From an uncultured Gammaproteobacteria bacterium (lineage in GTDB: Bacteria > Pseudomonadota > Gammaproteobacteria > UBA9214), in NCBI GenBank assembly GCA_963827755.1, contig CAWHCQ010000012.1, forward strand, positions 107,843 through 171,842: a stretch of 64,000 nt of DNA. Reading direction: 5' to 3'. Position numbers and translations under genes: made by a program. This document shows, in pieces, positions 1-11,559 of the stretch. The notes beneath the pieces are model-generated. The model searched no databases. It was not told where the DNA came from and was given only the letters and a program-made list of their open reading frames with translations. Numbering within the stretch: position 1 is the stretch's first letter; each line of letters begins with the position of its first letter.

Positions 1-213
1 AGACGGGCGGCCGACAAAATTCTTCAGATCATCATCCAGTTCAGCGAGGAATTCCGGGTCTTGCAGATATTTTTTGTAGGCCTTGTTTAACTCGTCCAGT
101 GGAAACATCAGGGTCTCTGCCACGAATTGCCCGCCAAAGGCACCAAAATGTCCGCGCTCATCCGGTAATGTCTCACCGGTCATCTTGATATCAGCTGCCT
201 GCGTCTGATCCAC
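1..213 (-). CDS. trpB: tryptophan synthase beta chain, 5' part (runs off the window)
   Basis: Manual translation gives (M)[41 protein letters not shown]...FVGRPS, the TrpB N-terminus; it follows trpF. The start is GTG at 213 or ATG at 183. Confidence 0.9.
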   Translation of the reverse strand, partial: MDQTQAADIKMTGETLPDERGHFGAFGGQFVAETLMFPLDELNKAYKKYLQDPEFLAELDDDLKNFVGRPS

Positions 214-826
214 TTTTCTGTACTCCTGTCATGAATGCCAAAATCTTGTCTGCGGATTTAATGCCGCCGGCGCTTTCCACGCCGCTGCTGACGTCAACGG
301 CATACGGTCTCACGGTGCTGATGGCCCGGGCAACATTTTCCGCTGTCAGGCCGCCGGCAAGAATCAGCGGCACCTCGTGCATTACCGGCACCAGCGCCCA
401 GTTGAAGACCTTGCCGCCGCCGCCGTGTGTGTCCGGCTGGTAGGTATCCAGCAGAAATCCGCTTGCATCCGGGAATTGTGACATCTCTGATGATAAATCG
501 GTTTCACGCTTCATGGGGATTGATTTTATAAATGGCAGCCCAAATTGATTACAATCTGCGTTTTTTTCCTGACCATGAAACTGCAACAAGGCAAGGGGTA
601 CAGCCGCCGTCACAGCACGAATATCTGCCGGGGCGGCATTTACGAACAGGCCGACCAGCGAAACAAAGGGCGCAACAGCCCGGGCAATTTTCTGTGCCTG
701 CTCAACGCGGACACAGCGCGGACTCCGTGGATAAAAAACCAGACCGATTGCATCGACCCCGCTCGCGACGGCGATGCGGGCATCCTGTTCACGGGTAATG
801 CCACAGATTTTTACTCGAGTACGCAT
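191..826 (-). CDS. trpF: phosphoribosylanthranilate isomerase
   Basis: Motifs [18 protein letters not shown] and DVSSGVE; order truA-trpF-trpB. Confidence 0.96.
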   Translation of the reverse strand: MRTRVKICGITREQDARIAVASGVDAIGLVFYPRSPRCVRVEQAQKIARAVAPFVSLVGLFVNAAPADIRAVTAAVPLALLQFHGQEKNADCNQFGLPFIKSIPMKRETDLSSEMSQFPDASGFLLDTYQPDTHGGGGKVFNWALVPVMHEVPLILAGGLTAENVARAISTVRPYAVDVSSGVESAGGIKSADKILAFMTGVQKSGSDAGS

Positions 827-908
827 GACCACCCATCAACCCTGTTGTCCACCATCCCCGTTTAAATGTAACAGAAACCCGGTCGCATGCGGACAATAGC
901 AGCCAGCC

Positions 909-1688
909 TTATCCGCAAACCGGCATCCAGCCTCCGGGTGGCACGTTGAACTTGTCAGGATACTCCACTCTGACGAGGTATAGACCCGCAGCGGGGGCAT
1001 TTACACCTGCCAGGGTCCGGTCCCGGGCTGCGATCAGTTCCGGTATCCAGTCGCTTGAGTGCTCGCCACGCCCGATTGCCAGCAGGACGCCGGCTATACA
1101 GCGAACCATGTGATGCAAGAAGGCATTGGCGACCACATCTATGTAAACAAAATCCCCGCTGCGCGTGACCGCAAGCCGGTAGACCGTCCTGACCGGGCTG
1201 CTCGCCTGGCAGGCAGCCGCCCTGAAGGACGTGAAGTCATGTTCGCCGAGCAGACAGGCAGCCGCCTGCTTCATTCGCGCGTCATCCAGTCGTGCATATT
1301 CCCGGCAAGTACGCTTCCTCAACAGTGCCGAAGCCGTTGCCTGGTTATGGATGATATAGCGATAGTGCCGCCGGCGGGCTGAAAAGCGCGCATGAAAATC
1401 ATCGTCCATTTCCGCAACCCAGTGCACACGAACGTCACCGGATAAATTTGAATTCGTACCGTGTATCCAGCCCTTGCTGCTGCGGACTGCGTCCGTGTCA
1501 ATATGGATAACCTGGCCGGTCGCATGCACGCCGGTATCCGTCCTGCCGGCACAGACCACGACAATTTCCTGATTCGCAACCTTCGAAAGCGCCTTTTCAA
1601 GACTCCCTTGCACGGTACGCTGACCGACCTGGCGCTGCCAACCGAAGAAATCCGAGCCATCATATTCAACGCCGAGAGCAAGACGCAT
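909..1688 (-). CDS. truA: tRNA pseudouridine(38-40) synthase
   Basis: Motifs EYDGSDFFGWQ, catalytic AGRTDTGVHA, FHARFSA and FLHHMVR. Confidence 0.97.
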   Translation of the reverse strand: MRLALGVEYDGSDFFGWQRQVGQRTVQGSLEKALSKVANQEIVVVCAGRTDTGVHATGQVIHIDTDAVRSSKGWIHGTNSNLSGDVRVHWVAEMDDDFHARFSARRRHYRYIIHNQATASALLRKRTCREYARLDDARMKQAAACLLGEHDFTSFRAAACQASSPVRTVYRLAVTRSGDFVYIDVVANAFLHHMVRCIAGVLLAIGRGEHSSDWIPELIAARDRTLAGVNAPAAGLYLVRVEYPDKFNVPPGGWMPVCG

Positions 1689-1795
1689 CTCAGTACCTGC
1701 CACTGACTGCACCAGCCAGTCCCGGTTTACATGAAGCGGTGCGCATAGCGAATGATAGTACCCTTATCGAACAGACAGCGGGCGTGAACCATGGA

Positions 1796-2473
1796 TCAGA
1801 ACAGCAGGAAGATACCTGTGCCCAGCAGCAAGGGGATGAGCCATTGCCAGAGGGCCGGCTGTGCTGCTTCCGTTATGCTGATTGAATCGCAGTCAGCCTG
1901 CCCGGCCGTGTCGAGAACTGCCGTGTAAATATCAGCGGCTGCAATACCTGCTGCTGACAAGTTTCGACTCACCAGGGAACGCCCGGACAGTGTCCCGTGC
2001 AACAGCGGCTGTATCCGGCTGACGGCTTCCATGGACAATACAATACGCACGGCCAAACGCTCCCTCGATTTGCGCGACAAAAACGGAGTAAACAGCTGCA
2101 TCAGGGCAGCGAGCAGCTGTTCGCGCGCGGTTCTCTGCAGCAACAGGTGTACAGCCGCGACAATAATGACCAGTACCAGCATGCGGATGGCACCCAGTTG
2201 CAGGCCCTCGACTGTCGGTGACAACGTTGGGGAAGCCGGGAACAGGTGCTCACCGGGCGTCCACCAGCCATACACCAGCAGGATGGCCAGCATCAGCCAG
2301 CGCAATCGGTTCAGCATGGCCAGCAGCTTGCCCATGGCGGGAAACCCGTTTGCGAGGTAAATTACGGCGAGCAGAACCAGCCCGGCGATGAGCAATGCCG
2401 GTCGTGCGAGTGAAGTGCCGGCAGAAAACAGCAGCAAGCTGACGACACGGATCAGGGGATGTATTTCAGACAA
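1796..2473 (-). CDS. CbiQ/EcfT-like integral membrane protein
   Basis: Several hydrophobic segments with IHP...RLRWL...GWWTPG...LLAAL...RLAVR. The probable TTG start overlaps the fimV stop. Family assignment is by resemblance only. Confidence 0.6.
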   Translation of the reverse strand: MSEIHPLIRVVSLLLFSAGTSLARPALLIAGLVLLAVIYLANGFPAMGKLLAMLNRLRWLMLAILLVYGWWTPGEHLFPASPTLSPTVEGLQLGAIRMLVLVIIVAAVHLLLQRTAREQLLAALMQLFTPFLSRKSRERLAVRIVLSMEAVSRIQPLLHGTLSGRSLVSRNLSAAGIAAADIYTAVLDTAGQADCDSISITEAAQPALWQWLIPLLLGTGIFLLF

Positions 2474-4784
2474 TATTGGAAATGAGGGCCTGTGCCTCGC
2501 TTTTCTGTTCTGCACTGCCCTCTTCAATCACTTCCTGCAGGATACTGCGGGCACCTTCCGGGTCTTCCATATCGAGATAGGCTCGCGCCAGGTCCAGTTT
2601 GGTGGCTACCTCATCAGCGCCTGCCAGCAGCCCTTCTCCCTGTGCCTCATCCTCGCCGGCATCGTCCAGGCTGAACTCCAGGCTTTCAGGGATTTCAGCG
2701 GCCACGCTGGTCTCTGTATCCACAGTCAGGTCCAGGTCGTCGGCATCCGCGGTCACTTCGGGCCTGGCGGAGATATCATCCATCCCGGACAGATCCATAT
2801 CAAAATCGACCGTGTTTTTTGCTTCGCCAGTGAGCTGTTCCGCCGAGCTGTAAAGTTCATTACCGGGAGAGAGTTCGTAACCCATTGTGGCAATACCGCT
2901 CCAGTGCACGTCATCTTCAGGTGCCAGTTCCCTGTACTCGCTCGCGGCGATATTAAATGCCGCGACATTGCCGGCCGCGTGGAACACTTCCAGCAACTTG
3001 GCACGGATAGCAATATTATCCGGATCATTCTTCAAGGCCGCTTGCAGCACATCCTCTGCCTGGTGAACACGCCCGTAAGCCAGGTATACATCAGCTTCGG
3101 TCAAGGGATCGTTTGCAACCTCGGACGAGGCCTCATGCAGGACATCCACTGCATCCTCGGTATACGGACCCGGATCAGTGACAGTGAATGCCGGTTTGTC
3201 CGATTTTGATGCATCATCACTTCCCTGTGCGAGCTGGTTATCGAGGGTCGCTTCATCGTCAAACATACCCCGGCTCCTGCTTTGACGCAGACTGCCCCAG
3301 AGAAAACCGCCGAGTAACATGGCAACCAGTACACCAAGCCCGGCAAGCACCGGGTTATCCATCAACCGGTTGACGATCCCGCCCGTTTCACTGACTGGCG
3401 AATCTTCATCAGCAGCCATGTCGTCAGCGGCCACCTCTTCTTCAGCGACATCCCCGCTTTCCGCCGCAATACTGCTTTCATCATCGCTGTCAGCTGCGGC
3501 TGATTGTTCTGCTTCGCCGGCGGGCTCTTCAACACCGGTATCGAGTGCTGCTGCTTCATCGCCGGGCATCGCCCCTGCAGCATCAGCACCTGCGGAATTT
3601 TGCAAGCTGGCCAGGGGATCACTCTTCAGCTCCAGCAAGCGTTCCATTCTCTTGATGGTCGCTTCCAGCTCCATCACACGAGACTGCAATTCTTCGGCCT
3701 TGGCCTTGCCGGCTTCGATCTCTTCCGCTGCCAGTGCCAGTTTCTGGCGGATGATCTCGTCTCCGCTTGCTTTCGTACCGGGGTCACCTGCCTCGCCGCT
3801 GGTCGTTGCCGAACCTGCCCCCGGGTCACCTTCAGGTGGTGTTAATTTCAACTGGGATTCCGTCGCAACGACAGTCGCGCTTGCCTTGGCGGGCATATCC
3901 ATGACCGGCTCTTCAACTGCAGCCTTTTGCGTAACTGCAGGTTTCTCCCTTACCGCCGCCCTGGCGGCATTACGCTTGGCGCGCCATTCATTATATTGCC
4001 GGGTGGACTCTGCACGTGCCTGGTTGGCGGTCAGCGCAAGGATAGCCTCCCTGTCCGGAATCGTCAGGGTACTGCCCGCCTTCAGGTTATTGATATTGTT
4101 GTCCGTAAAGGCCTCCGGGTTGGCCCGCAGCAGCGCAATCATCATTTGGTGAATAGTGATATCACCGCCAGGGCGCAAACGTTCCGCGATACCCCACAGG
4201 GCCTCTTCCCGGCGCACTGCGCCGTAGGTGTTTGCTGTCTTCTTTCCGGCGGGAGCCGGTCTGTAGGTGGTGGGTGCCGTCTGCGCAGCCGCGGCCGGTC
4301 GTATCTGCCTGACCGGTTCAATCCGGGCCGGTACAACAGCCGGTGCCGACACAACCGGTGCGAGCGGTGCAACGGGTGTTGCCGGCATGGTAACCGGCGG
4401 ATCAACGAGTACCGTGTACTCCCTCACCATGCGGCCATTCTCCCATACCATTTCCAGTAAAAATTCGAGATAGGGCTCGCGTACAGGTTCAGAACTGCTG
4501 ACATTAATGACCGCCATGCCGCGGTCATCCAGGGCAACCTCGAACTTGAAATCACTGAGGATTTTAGCGCGGATCAAACCAAGGCGCTCATGCTCTTCAC
4601 GGGATGCCAGGGCGATCTTGACCTGGGATACATCCACGCCCACCGAAGAATTCAGGATGATACCGGCTTTCATGGGCTGGTTCAGGGCCGATTGCATTTC
4701 AATCTCGCCAAGACCGAGCGCATTCAGACGGATAGACACCGTCAATAACACCAGCGCTAGCGCAACAGCCGATTTCCTGAACAT
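2466..4784 (-). CDS. fimV: FimV/HubP polar landmark protein
   Basis: Signal peptide then ALGLGEIEMQSALNQP, LysM-like LWGIA...ANPEAF, a TM segment, EADVYLAYGR and C-terminal TKLDLARAYLDMED; asd-fimV-truA synteny. Confidence 0.95.
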   Translation of the reverse strand: MFRKSAVALALVLLTVSIRLNALGLGEIEMQSALNQPMKAGIILNSSVGVDVSQVKIALASREEHERLGLIRAKILSDFKFEVALDDRGMAVINVSSSEPVREPYLEFLLEMVWENGRMVREYTVLVDPPVTMPATPVAPLAPVVSAPAVVPARIEPVRQIRPAAAAQTAPTTYRPAPAGKKTANTYGAVRREEALWGIAERLRPGGDITIHQMMIALLRANPEAFTDNNINNLKAGSTLTIPDREAILALTANQARAESTRQYNEWRAKRNAARAAVREKPAVTQKAAVEEPVMDMPAKASATVVATESQLKLTPPEGDPGAGSATTSGEAGDPGTKASGDEIIRQKLALAAEEIEAGKAKAEELQSRVMELEATIKRMERLLELKSDPLASLQNSAGADAAGAMPGDEAAALDTGVEEPAGEAEQSAAADSDDESSIAAESGDVAEEEVAADDMAADEDSPVSETGGIVNRLMDNPVLAGLGVLVAMLLGGFLWGSLRQSRSRGMFDDEATLDNQLAQGSDDASKSDKPAFTVTDPGPYTEDAVDVLHEASSEVANDPLTEADVYLAYGRVHQAEDVLQAALKNDPDNIAIRAKLLEVFHAAGNVAAFNIAASEYRELAPEDDVHWSGIATMGYELSPGNELYSSAEQLTGEAKNTVDFDMDLSGMDDISARPEVTADADDLDLTVDTETSVAAEIPESLEFSLDDAGEDEAQGEGLLAGADEVATKLDLARAYLDMEDPEGARSILQEVIEEGSAEQKSEAQALISNIV

Positions 4785-4859
4785 ACCTGGCTCCCCTGCA
4801 GTTGACTCTTCCATTAAACCGTAACTAACACCTGCCCCTGATTCAGCGCAGACTATAAC

Positions 4860-5882
4860 TCACAAATAGTCTTTGACCAATATTTCAGCAATCTGGATGC
4901 TGTTCAGCGCAGCGCCTTTGCGCACATTATCAGACACAACCCATAGATCCAGACCTCTGGGGTGGGAAATATCCTCGCGGATCCTGCCCACATAAACCGG
5001 ATCATTGCCGGCACCTTCCGAGACAGCCGTCGGATAACCACCATCCACATGCTCATCGATGACCACGACCCCTGGCGCCGCCTTCAGCAGGGCGCGGGCC
5101 TGGTCTGCCGTGAGTTTATCCCGTGTCTCGATATGCACGGCTTCGGAATGGCCATAGAAAACCGGAACGCGGACGGCCGTCGGATTCACCCGGATCGAGT
5201 CATCGCCCATGATCTTCCGGGTCTCCCAGACCATCTTCATTTCTTCCCTGGTGTAGCCATTTTCCTGAAATACATCAATTTGCGGCAGGACATTAAAAGC
5301 GATCTGCCTGGGATAAACCTCGGCAACAATCGAATTGCCATTCAGCAACTGTGCCGTCTGCCCCGCCAGCTCCTCGATGGCCTCTTTCCCGGTCCCTGAA
5401 ACCGCCTGGTAGGTGCAGACATTTATGCGTTCAATTCCCGCCGCGTCGTGCAGGGGTTTCAAGGCCACCAGCATCTGGATGGTCGAACAGTTCGGATTGG
5501 CAATAATCCCGTGAGTTGTGTAACCGCTGATCGCCTCCGGGTTCACCTCGGGTACCACCAGCGGAATGTCGTCCTCGTATCGAAAACGGGAGGTATTATC
5601 GATGACTACACAGCCGGCTGCGGCCGCAATCGGTGCGTATTTTTCGGATATACCCGCACCGGCTGAAAACAGGCCGATCTGTACCCTGGAAAAATCAAAA
5701 CCATCCAGATCCTCGACCGTCAGCCAGGTGTCCTTGAAGCGCATCTTTTTACCGGCCGAGCGTTTACTCGCCAGTGGATACACCTTGTTTACCGGGAAAT
5801 TACGCTCCCCCAGTATCTCCAGCATGGCCTCGCCTACAGCACCTGTGGCGCCGACTACTGCAACATCGTATTTGCCTGACAT
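4860..5882 (-). CDS. asd: aspartate-semialdehyde dehydrogenase
   Basis: Motifs VAVVGATGAVG, IIANPNCST and DNVRKGAALN. Confidence 0.97.
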   Translation of the reverse strand: MSGKYDVAVVGATGAVGEAMLEILGERNFPVNKVYPLASKRSAGKKMRFKDTWLTVEDLDGFDFSRVQIGLFSAGAGISEKYAPIAAAAGCVVIDNTSRFRYEDDIPLVVPEVNPEAISGYTTHGIIANPNCSTIQMLVALKPLHDAAGIERINVCTYQAVSGTGKEAIEELAGQTAQLLNGNSIVAEVYPRQIAFNVLPQIDVFQENGYTREEMKMVWETRKIMGDDSIRVNPTAVRVPVFYGHSEAVHIETRDKLTADQARALLKAAPGVVVIDEHVDGGYPTAVSEGAGNDPVYVGRIREDISHPRGLDLWVVSDNVRKGAALNSIQIAEILVKDYL

Positions 5883-5915
5883 CTTGATTGTTACCTTATT
5901 TAGGAGAAAATCCGT

Positions 5916-6999
5916 CTAACCCGCCTGTAGTGCGGCCACCACTGCATCGCCCATCTCGCGGGTACCCACTTCTCGCATTCCAGCTGAATAAATATCCGGG
6001 GTCCGCAGGCCCTTGTCCAGCACCCTGCCTACCGCCTTGTCAATGCGTCCGGCCAGCTCCGCTTCACTCAGGCTGTAGCGCAGCATCATGGCGACCGAAA
6101 GTATCGTTGCCAGCGGGTTGGCAACACCCTTACCCGCAATGTCGGGCGCCGAGCCATGGATCGGTTCGTACATGCCCTTGCCGTTACTGTCGAGCGAGGC
6201 GGAGGGCAGCATGCCGATTGACCCGGTCAGCATGGCGGCCGCATCCGAGAGGATGTCGCCAAACATGTTTCCGGTCACCATGACATCGAACTGCTTCGGT
6301 GCACGCACCAGCTGCATGGCTGCGTTATCGACGTACATGTGACTGAGCTCGACATCCGGATACTCACCTGCCAGGTCGATCATCACGCTGCGCCAGAGCT
6401 CGGAAACCTCGAGGACATTGGCCTTGTCAACTGAACACAAACGCCTGCCGCGCTTGCGTGCGATTTCGAACGCAGAACGGCCAATTCGTTCGATTTCCGA
6501 TTCACTGTACACCAGGGTATTGAATCCCTGTCTCTGTCCGTTTTCCAGCGTGCGGATGCCACGCGGCTGACCGAAATAAATACCGCCGGTCAACTCACGC
6601 ACGATCATGATATCCAGCCCGCTGACAACCTCGGGTTTCAGCGTCGAGGCATCTGCCAGCTGCGGATAGAGTATGGCCGGGCGAAGATTGGCAAACAGGT
6701 CCAGTTCCGCGCGCAGGCCCAGCAACCCCTGTTCCGGCCGCAGGGCACGCTCCAGCCCGTCCCACTGCAGGGCCACCTACCGAACCCAGCAGGATGGCAT
6801 CGGCCGAGCGGACACTGTTCAGGGTGACCTCGGGCAGCGGATGTCCATGGGCCTCGTACCCGGCACCGCCGACAGGCATGCGCTCGGTTTCAATATCGAG
6901 GCCGAAGTCAGCCGCCAGTGCGTCAAGCACCTTTTCAGCCTCGGCGATAATTTCCGGGCCGATGCCGTCGCCCGGTAATATAGTTATTTTATGTTTCAT
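5916..6999 (-). CDS. leuB: 3-isopropylmalate dehydrogenase (apparent +1 frameshift near 6770)
   Basis: ORF 6595..6999 holds LPGDGIGPE; ORF 5916..6776 holds NMFGDILSD and [13 protein letters not shown]. Removing one base at GGP/QW joins them. Confidence 0.93.
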
Positions 7000-7015
7000 A
7001 TTAGTTGGTTATGAG

Positions 7016-7676
7016 TTATTCCTGATTACGTTTGTCAAATAGCCAGGGCGCTCGCTGTCGGTGCGCCTGCTCAAAGGCGCGGATCTCGCCGGCATGCTCC
7101 AGCGTCAGGCCGATGTCATCCAGTCCGCGAATCAGGCAATCCTTGCGAAAGCCATCCACCTCGAAGTGGATGACATCACCCCCGGGAGTGCTGATCACCT
7201 GACCGGGCAGATCAACGGTCAAGGCATAGCCCGGCGCCTGTTGCAGCTCGGTGAACAGGCGATCAACCACGTCGACTGGCCAGCGCAACGGGCAACACGC
7301 CGTTCTTGAAACAGTTATCCATAAATATTTCGGCAAAGCTCGGGGCAATGACGACACGAAAGCCGTAATCGAGCAGGGCCCAGACGGCATGCTCGCGCGA
7401 GGAGCCACAGCCGAAATTCTCCCGCGCCAGCAGGATGGCTGCGCCGCGGTAACGCGCGTTGTTAAGGACGAAGTCAGGATTTGGAATACGTGCAGCATTG
7501 TCCATGCCCGGTTCACCCGGATCGCTGTAGCGCCATTCGTCAAACAGGTTCGGGCCAAAGCCGCTGCGCTTGACCGATTTGAGAAACTGCTTGGGTATGA
7601 TGGCATCGGTATCGACATTCGCCCGATCCATCGGCGCAACCAGGCCGGTAAAAGTCTCGAACTTGTCCATACTCAC
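7016..7676 (-). CDS. leuD: 3-isopropylmalate dehydratase small subunit (apparent frameshift near 7280)
   Basis: [13 protein letters not shown] and [11 protein letters not shown] in 7263..7676; C-terminal GLDDIGLTL in the 7016 frame. Confidence 0.93.
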
Positions 7677-9082
7677 CCCGTCTCCTTGCTGACATCGACA
7701 AAATGTCCGGTCACTGCCGCGGCAGCCGCCATCGCGGGACTGACGAGATGCGTACGTCCGCCCTGTCCCTGGCGACCCTCGAAATTACGGTTCGACGTCG
7801 AGGCACAGCGATCGCCGGGCGCAAGCCGGTCCGCATTCATGGCAAGACACATGGAGCAGCCGGGCTCACGCCATTCGAACCCGGCTTCTTTAAAGATGAC
7901 ATCCAGCCCTTCCGCCTCGGCCGCACGTTTGACCAGGCCGGAACCCGGCACCACCAGCGCCTGGCGGATGCTGCCCGCAACCTTGCGGCCGCGTATCGCT
8001 TCGGCCGCTGCACGCAAATCCTCGATCCTTGCATTGGTGCATGAACCGATAAACACGTGATCCGGACGAATCTCGCTGATCGGCGTGCCCGGCTTCAGGT
8101 CCATGTACTTCAGCGCATTGCGCATGCCCTCACGCCTGACACTGTCGCTTTCCCTGTCAGGGTCCGGCACCACCCCGTCCACGGGTACCACCATTTCCGG
8201 CGAGGTGCCCCAGGTCACCTGCGGCTTGAGCCGGTTGGCATCGATTTCAACGGTCCGGTCATATTCGGCCGACGCGTCACTGTGCAAGTCCTTCCAGCTG
8301 TCCAGCGCACGATCCCACAAAGCGCCCCCGGGTGAAAACGGACGCCCGGCCAGGTAATTGATGGTCGTATCATCCACGGCAACCATGCCGGCACGTGCCC
8401 CGGCCTCGATGGACATATTGCATACCGTCATTCGGCCTTCCATCGAGAGTCCGCGAATGGCCGGGCCGGTAAATTCGATGGTATAGCCGGTACCCCCGGC
8501 GGTGCCGATCCTGCCGATGATGGCGAGTACCATGTCCTTGGCGGAAACACCGTCTGCCAGGCGGCCGTCTACGCGCACCTGCAAGGAACGGCTCTTCCTC
8601 AAAATGATGCACTGCGTCGCCAGAACGTGCTCGACATCGGATGTCCCCACACCGAATGCCAGTGCCCCGAAGGCACCATGGGTCGAGGTGTGCGAATCGC
8701 CGCACACCAGCGTCATGCCCGGCAGGGTTGCACCCTGTTCCGGCCCGATCACGTGGACAATGCCCTGGCGCGGATCATTCATGGAAAATTCCGTAATACC
8801 GAACTCGCTGCAGTTGCTGTCGAGTGTTTCAACCTGCAGGCGCGAGACAGGGTCAACAATCCCCCCCGCCCGGTCCGTGGTGGGTACATTGTGATCCGGC
8901 ACGGCAAGAATGGAATCCGTCCGCCACGGCTTGCGCCCGGCCAGCCGCAGGCCTTCGAACGCCTGCGGTGAGGTCACCTCGTGGACAAGGTGGCGATCGA
9001 TATAAATGAGCGCCGTGCCGTCGGCATCCTCGCGAACAAGGTGCGATTCCCAGAGTTTGTCGTAGAGCGTCTTGCCGGACAT
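7673..9082 (-). CDS. leuC: 3-isopropylmalate dehydratase large subunit
   Basis: Motifs [30 protein letters not shown] and [12 protein letters not shown]. Confidence 0.98.
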   Translation of the reverse strand: MSGKTLYDKLWESHLVREDADGTALIYIDRHLVHEVTSPQAFEGLRLAGRKPWRTDSILAVPDHNVPTTDRAGGIVDPVSRLQVETLDSNCSEFGITEFSMNDPRQGIVHVIGPEQGATLPGMTLVCGDSHTSTHGAFGALAFGVGTSDVEHVLATQCIILRKSRSLQVRVDGRLADGVSAKDMVLAIIGRIGTAGGTGYTIEFTGPAIRGLSMEGRMTVCNMSIEAGARAGMVAVDDTTINYLAGRPFSPGGALWDRALDSWKDLHSDASAEYDRTVEIDANRLKPQVTWGTSPEMVVPVDGVVPDPDRESDSVRREGMRNALKYMDLKPGTPISEIRPDHVFIGSCTNARIEDLRAAAEAIRGRKVAGSIRQALVVPGSGLVKRAAEAEGLDVIFKEAGFEWREPGCSMCLAMNADRLAPGDRCASTSNRNFEGRQGQGGRTHLVSPAMAAAAAVTGHFVDVSKETG

Positions 9083-9161
9083 TGATCCTGACCTGTTGTT
9101 TGCAGTGCCGCCGAAAAAGCGAAATTATATAGGATGTTGGCTATGAAACCATCATTACCCT

Positions 9162-10301
9162 TCAGGCATCGGGCACATTGCGAATGCCGAGATGCGTCAG
9201 CAGTACCGCGCACAGTGCAACCCCCGCGGCCGCCAGGTACATTGCCTGTGGCCCGATACCGCTCCACAGGTAGCCACTGGCGAGGCTGCCGATTGCCCCG
9301 CCCGCACCAAAACTCAGGCTGCTGTAGAGTGCCTGCCCGCGCCCCTGGTGCACACCGGTGAACAAGCGGTGAATCAGGAATATCACGACAATATGGTAAA
9401 GCCCGAAACTGGCGGCATGCAGCAACTGTGAAAAGGCAATAATGGCGATATTGTCTGCAAAACCGGCAACCAGCAACCAGCGCAGCGTGGTCAATATGAC
9501 CGCGACCAGTAACAGCGCGCGCGTACCGAAACGGGGCAACAGTACCGGCATCAACAGAAAAACACCGATCTCTGCCAGCACACCCAGTGCCCACAGTTGA
9601 CCGATAAGGGCGGTCGAGTAGCCCTGGTTCTCCAGGTAGATACTGAAAAACACGTAATAGGGGCCGTGACTCACCTGTACCAGGAAACTCACCAGTAACA
9701 GGGAAAACACGACCGGGCGTTTCAAAACATCAAACAGGTGCTCCTGTCCAAGTGGCAGGTGGCCGGCCGCGGATTCCGGCACCATCAGGCTGCTGAGCCA
9801 GATACCGCCAAACAGCACCAGCAGCACCCAGGGAAGCAAGGCGGTTCCATAGGCGCCCAGTACCGGGCCGAGCGCGGCAACAGCGATAATGAAGCCAACC
9901 GATCCCCACAGGCGAATGCCGCTGTAGTGATGCGTGTTGATGCCCAGGTGGTTCATGGTGGTTGCCTCGAACTGGGGCAGCGAGGCATTCCAGAAAAAAC
10001 TGTAGACCGTCATCACCAGTGCCAGCCACCAGTAGTTATTACTGACAAACACCCCTGCAAACGTCACGGCTGCCAGCAGCGAGGCAATCCGCACGATCTG
10101 CATACGTGCCCCGGTATGATCGGCGATCCAGCCCCATACATTGGGCGCCACGATCTTGGTCGCCATCAGAATGGCCACCAGCTCGCCAATCTGGCTGACA
10201 CTGAAACCGAGCGACTTGAGATACAGGCCCCAGTACGGAACCAGTGCGCCAAGGGTGGCGAAATAAAACAGGTAAAAACCGGACAGGCGCCAGTAGATCA
10301 T
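9162..10301 (-). CDS. MFS transporter (MFS_1_like)
   Basis: About 12 TM segments, WGWIAD and RLWGSVGF motifs; lies downstream of aroC. Confidence 0.85.
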   Translation of the reverse strand: MIYWRLSGFYLFYFATLGALVPYWGLYLKSLGFSVSQIGELVAILMATKIVAPNVWGWIADHTGARMQIVRIASLLAAVTFAGVFVSNNYWWLALVMTVYSFFWNASLPQFEATTMNHLGINTHHYSGIRLWGSVGFIIAVAALGPVLGAYGTALLPWVLLVLFGGIWLSSLMVPESAAGHLPLGQEHLFDVLKRPVVFSLLLVSFLVQVSHGPYYVFFSIYLENQGYSTALIGQLWALGVLAEIGVFLLMPVLLPRFGTRALLLVAVILTTLRWLLVAGFADNIAIIAFSQLLHAASFGLYHIVVIFLIHRLFTGVHQGRGQALYSSLSFGAGGAIGSLASGYLWSGIGPQAMYLAAAGVALCAVLLTHLGIRNVPDA

Positions 10302-10340
10302 GTCACAAAACGCAGGACCGGGGTTTAGACGATGCTGGTG

Positions 10341-11444
10341 CTAGTCCGCAGCACTTGAGGGAATTACCGGCGTATCGGAGCTGACATCCATGTTCTGTGC
10401 CCGGTGCCGCAGCACATGGTCCATCAATACAATGGCCAGCATGGCCTCTGCAATCGGGGTCGCCCGAATGCCCACGCAGGGGTCATGGCGTCCGGTGGTG
10501 ACCACCTCTACCGGCTTGCCGTTGACGTCAACGGTTTTCCCGGGGAGCCTGATACTCGAGGTCGGCTTGAGTGCAATACTGGCGATGATGTCCTGGCCGC
10601 TGGAAATACCGCCCAGCACCCCGCCCGCGTGGTTGCTTAAAAAGCCCGCCGGGGTGATTTCGTCCCGATGCTCGGTACCCTTTTGTTCGACACTGGCAAA
10701 CCCGGCGCCGATCTCCACGCCCTTGACTGCATTGATGCTCATCATGGCATGGGCAATATCGGCATCCAGCCGGTCAAAAATCGGTTCGCCCAGACCCGGC
10801 AGCATGCCGCTGGCGACGACGTTTACCCGTGCACCGATCGAGTTGCCTTCCTTGCGCAGGGCATCCATGTAGGTCTCCAGCTCTGCCACACGTTCCGGGT
10901 CCGGACAAAAGAACGGGTTCTCGCCGACCGCGGACCAGTCCTTCAGCGCCAGCCTGATCGGCCCAAGCTGAGCAAGGTAGCCATGGATTTCAATGCCGTA
11001 GTGCTGTTGCAGGTAGCGCTTCGCGATTCCCCCGGCGGCAACACGCATGGCTGTCTCCCGCGCCGATGAGCGGCCACCCCCGCGGTAGTCGCGAAAGCCG
11101 TACTTTTGCTTGTAGGTGTAGTCGGCATGGCCCGGGCGGAAACGATCCATGATATTGGAATAGTCTTTCGATTTCTGGTCCGTATTCAGGATCATCAGCC
11201 CGATCGGGGAGCCGGTGGTCCTGCCTTCGAAGACACCGGAAAGAATCTGCACCTCGTCCGCCTCGCGCCGCTGCGTGGTGTGGCGGGATTTTCCCGGTTT
11301 GCGGCGATCGAGATCTTCCTGCAGGTCCGCCGCGCACAGCTCCAGCCCCGGCGGGCAGCCATCGACGATACAGCCCAGTGCGGGTCCATGGCTCTCGCCA
11401 AACCCGGTTACCGTGAATAATTTTCCGAAGCTGTTTCCTGACAT
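10341..11444 (-). CDS. aroC: chorismate synthase
   Basis: Motifs [22 protein letters not shown] and GRHDPCV. Confidence 0.98.
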   Translation of the reverse strand: MSGNSFGKLFTVTGFGESHGPALGCIVDGCPPGLELCAADLQEDLDRRKPGKSRHTTQRREADEVQILSGVFEGRTTGSPIGLMILNTDQKSKDYSNIMDRFRPGHADYTYKQKYGFRDYRGGGRSSARETAMRVAAGGIAKRYLQQHYGIEIHGYLAQLGPIRLALKDWSAVGENPFFCPDPERVAELETYMDALRKEGNSIGARVNVVASGMLPGLGEPIFDRLDADIAHAMMSINAVKGVEIGAGFASVEQKGTEHRDEITPAGFLSNHAGGVLGGISSGQDIIASIALKPTSSIRLPGKTVDVNGKPVEVVTTGRHDPCVGIRATPIAEAMLAIVLMDHVLRHRAQNMDVSSDTPVIPSSAAD

Positions 11445-11492
11445 GAAGTTATTGTAACGACTCTCGAGAGCACAGTCGCCCCCCGGCTGGAT

Positions 11493-11519
11493 TAAAGCTC
11501 GCCGGTCAGCGTCCGATAT
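11493..11519 (+). promoter_or_regulatory. putative sigma28 (FliA) promoter
   Basis: TAAA-G(N14)-TCCGATAT, a 15-nt spacer against consensus TAAA-N15-GCCGATAA, 40 nt upstream of ORF 11560. Confidence 0.6.
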
Positions 11520-11559
11520 GCTTGCTATAGCTATCGATTAACCCCGCGCGGAGAACATA

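Noticed and set aside
2388-4824. Long + strand ORFs opposite fimV, and similar ones opposite secD, tgt, GH57, fleQ and relA
   Set aside because: Antisense shadows of real GC-rich genes with no recognisable motifs.
6760-7290. Programmed frameshifting in leuB or leuD
   Set aside because: No slippery heptamer was seen, and similar indels occur throughout the window, which fits sequencing error.
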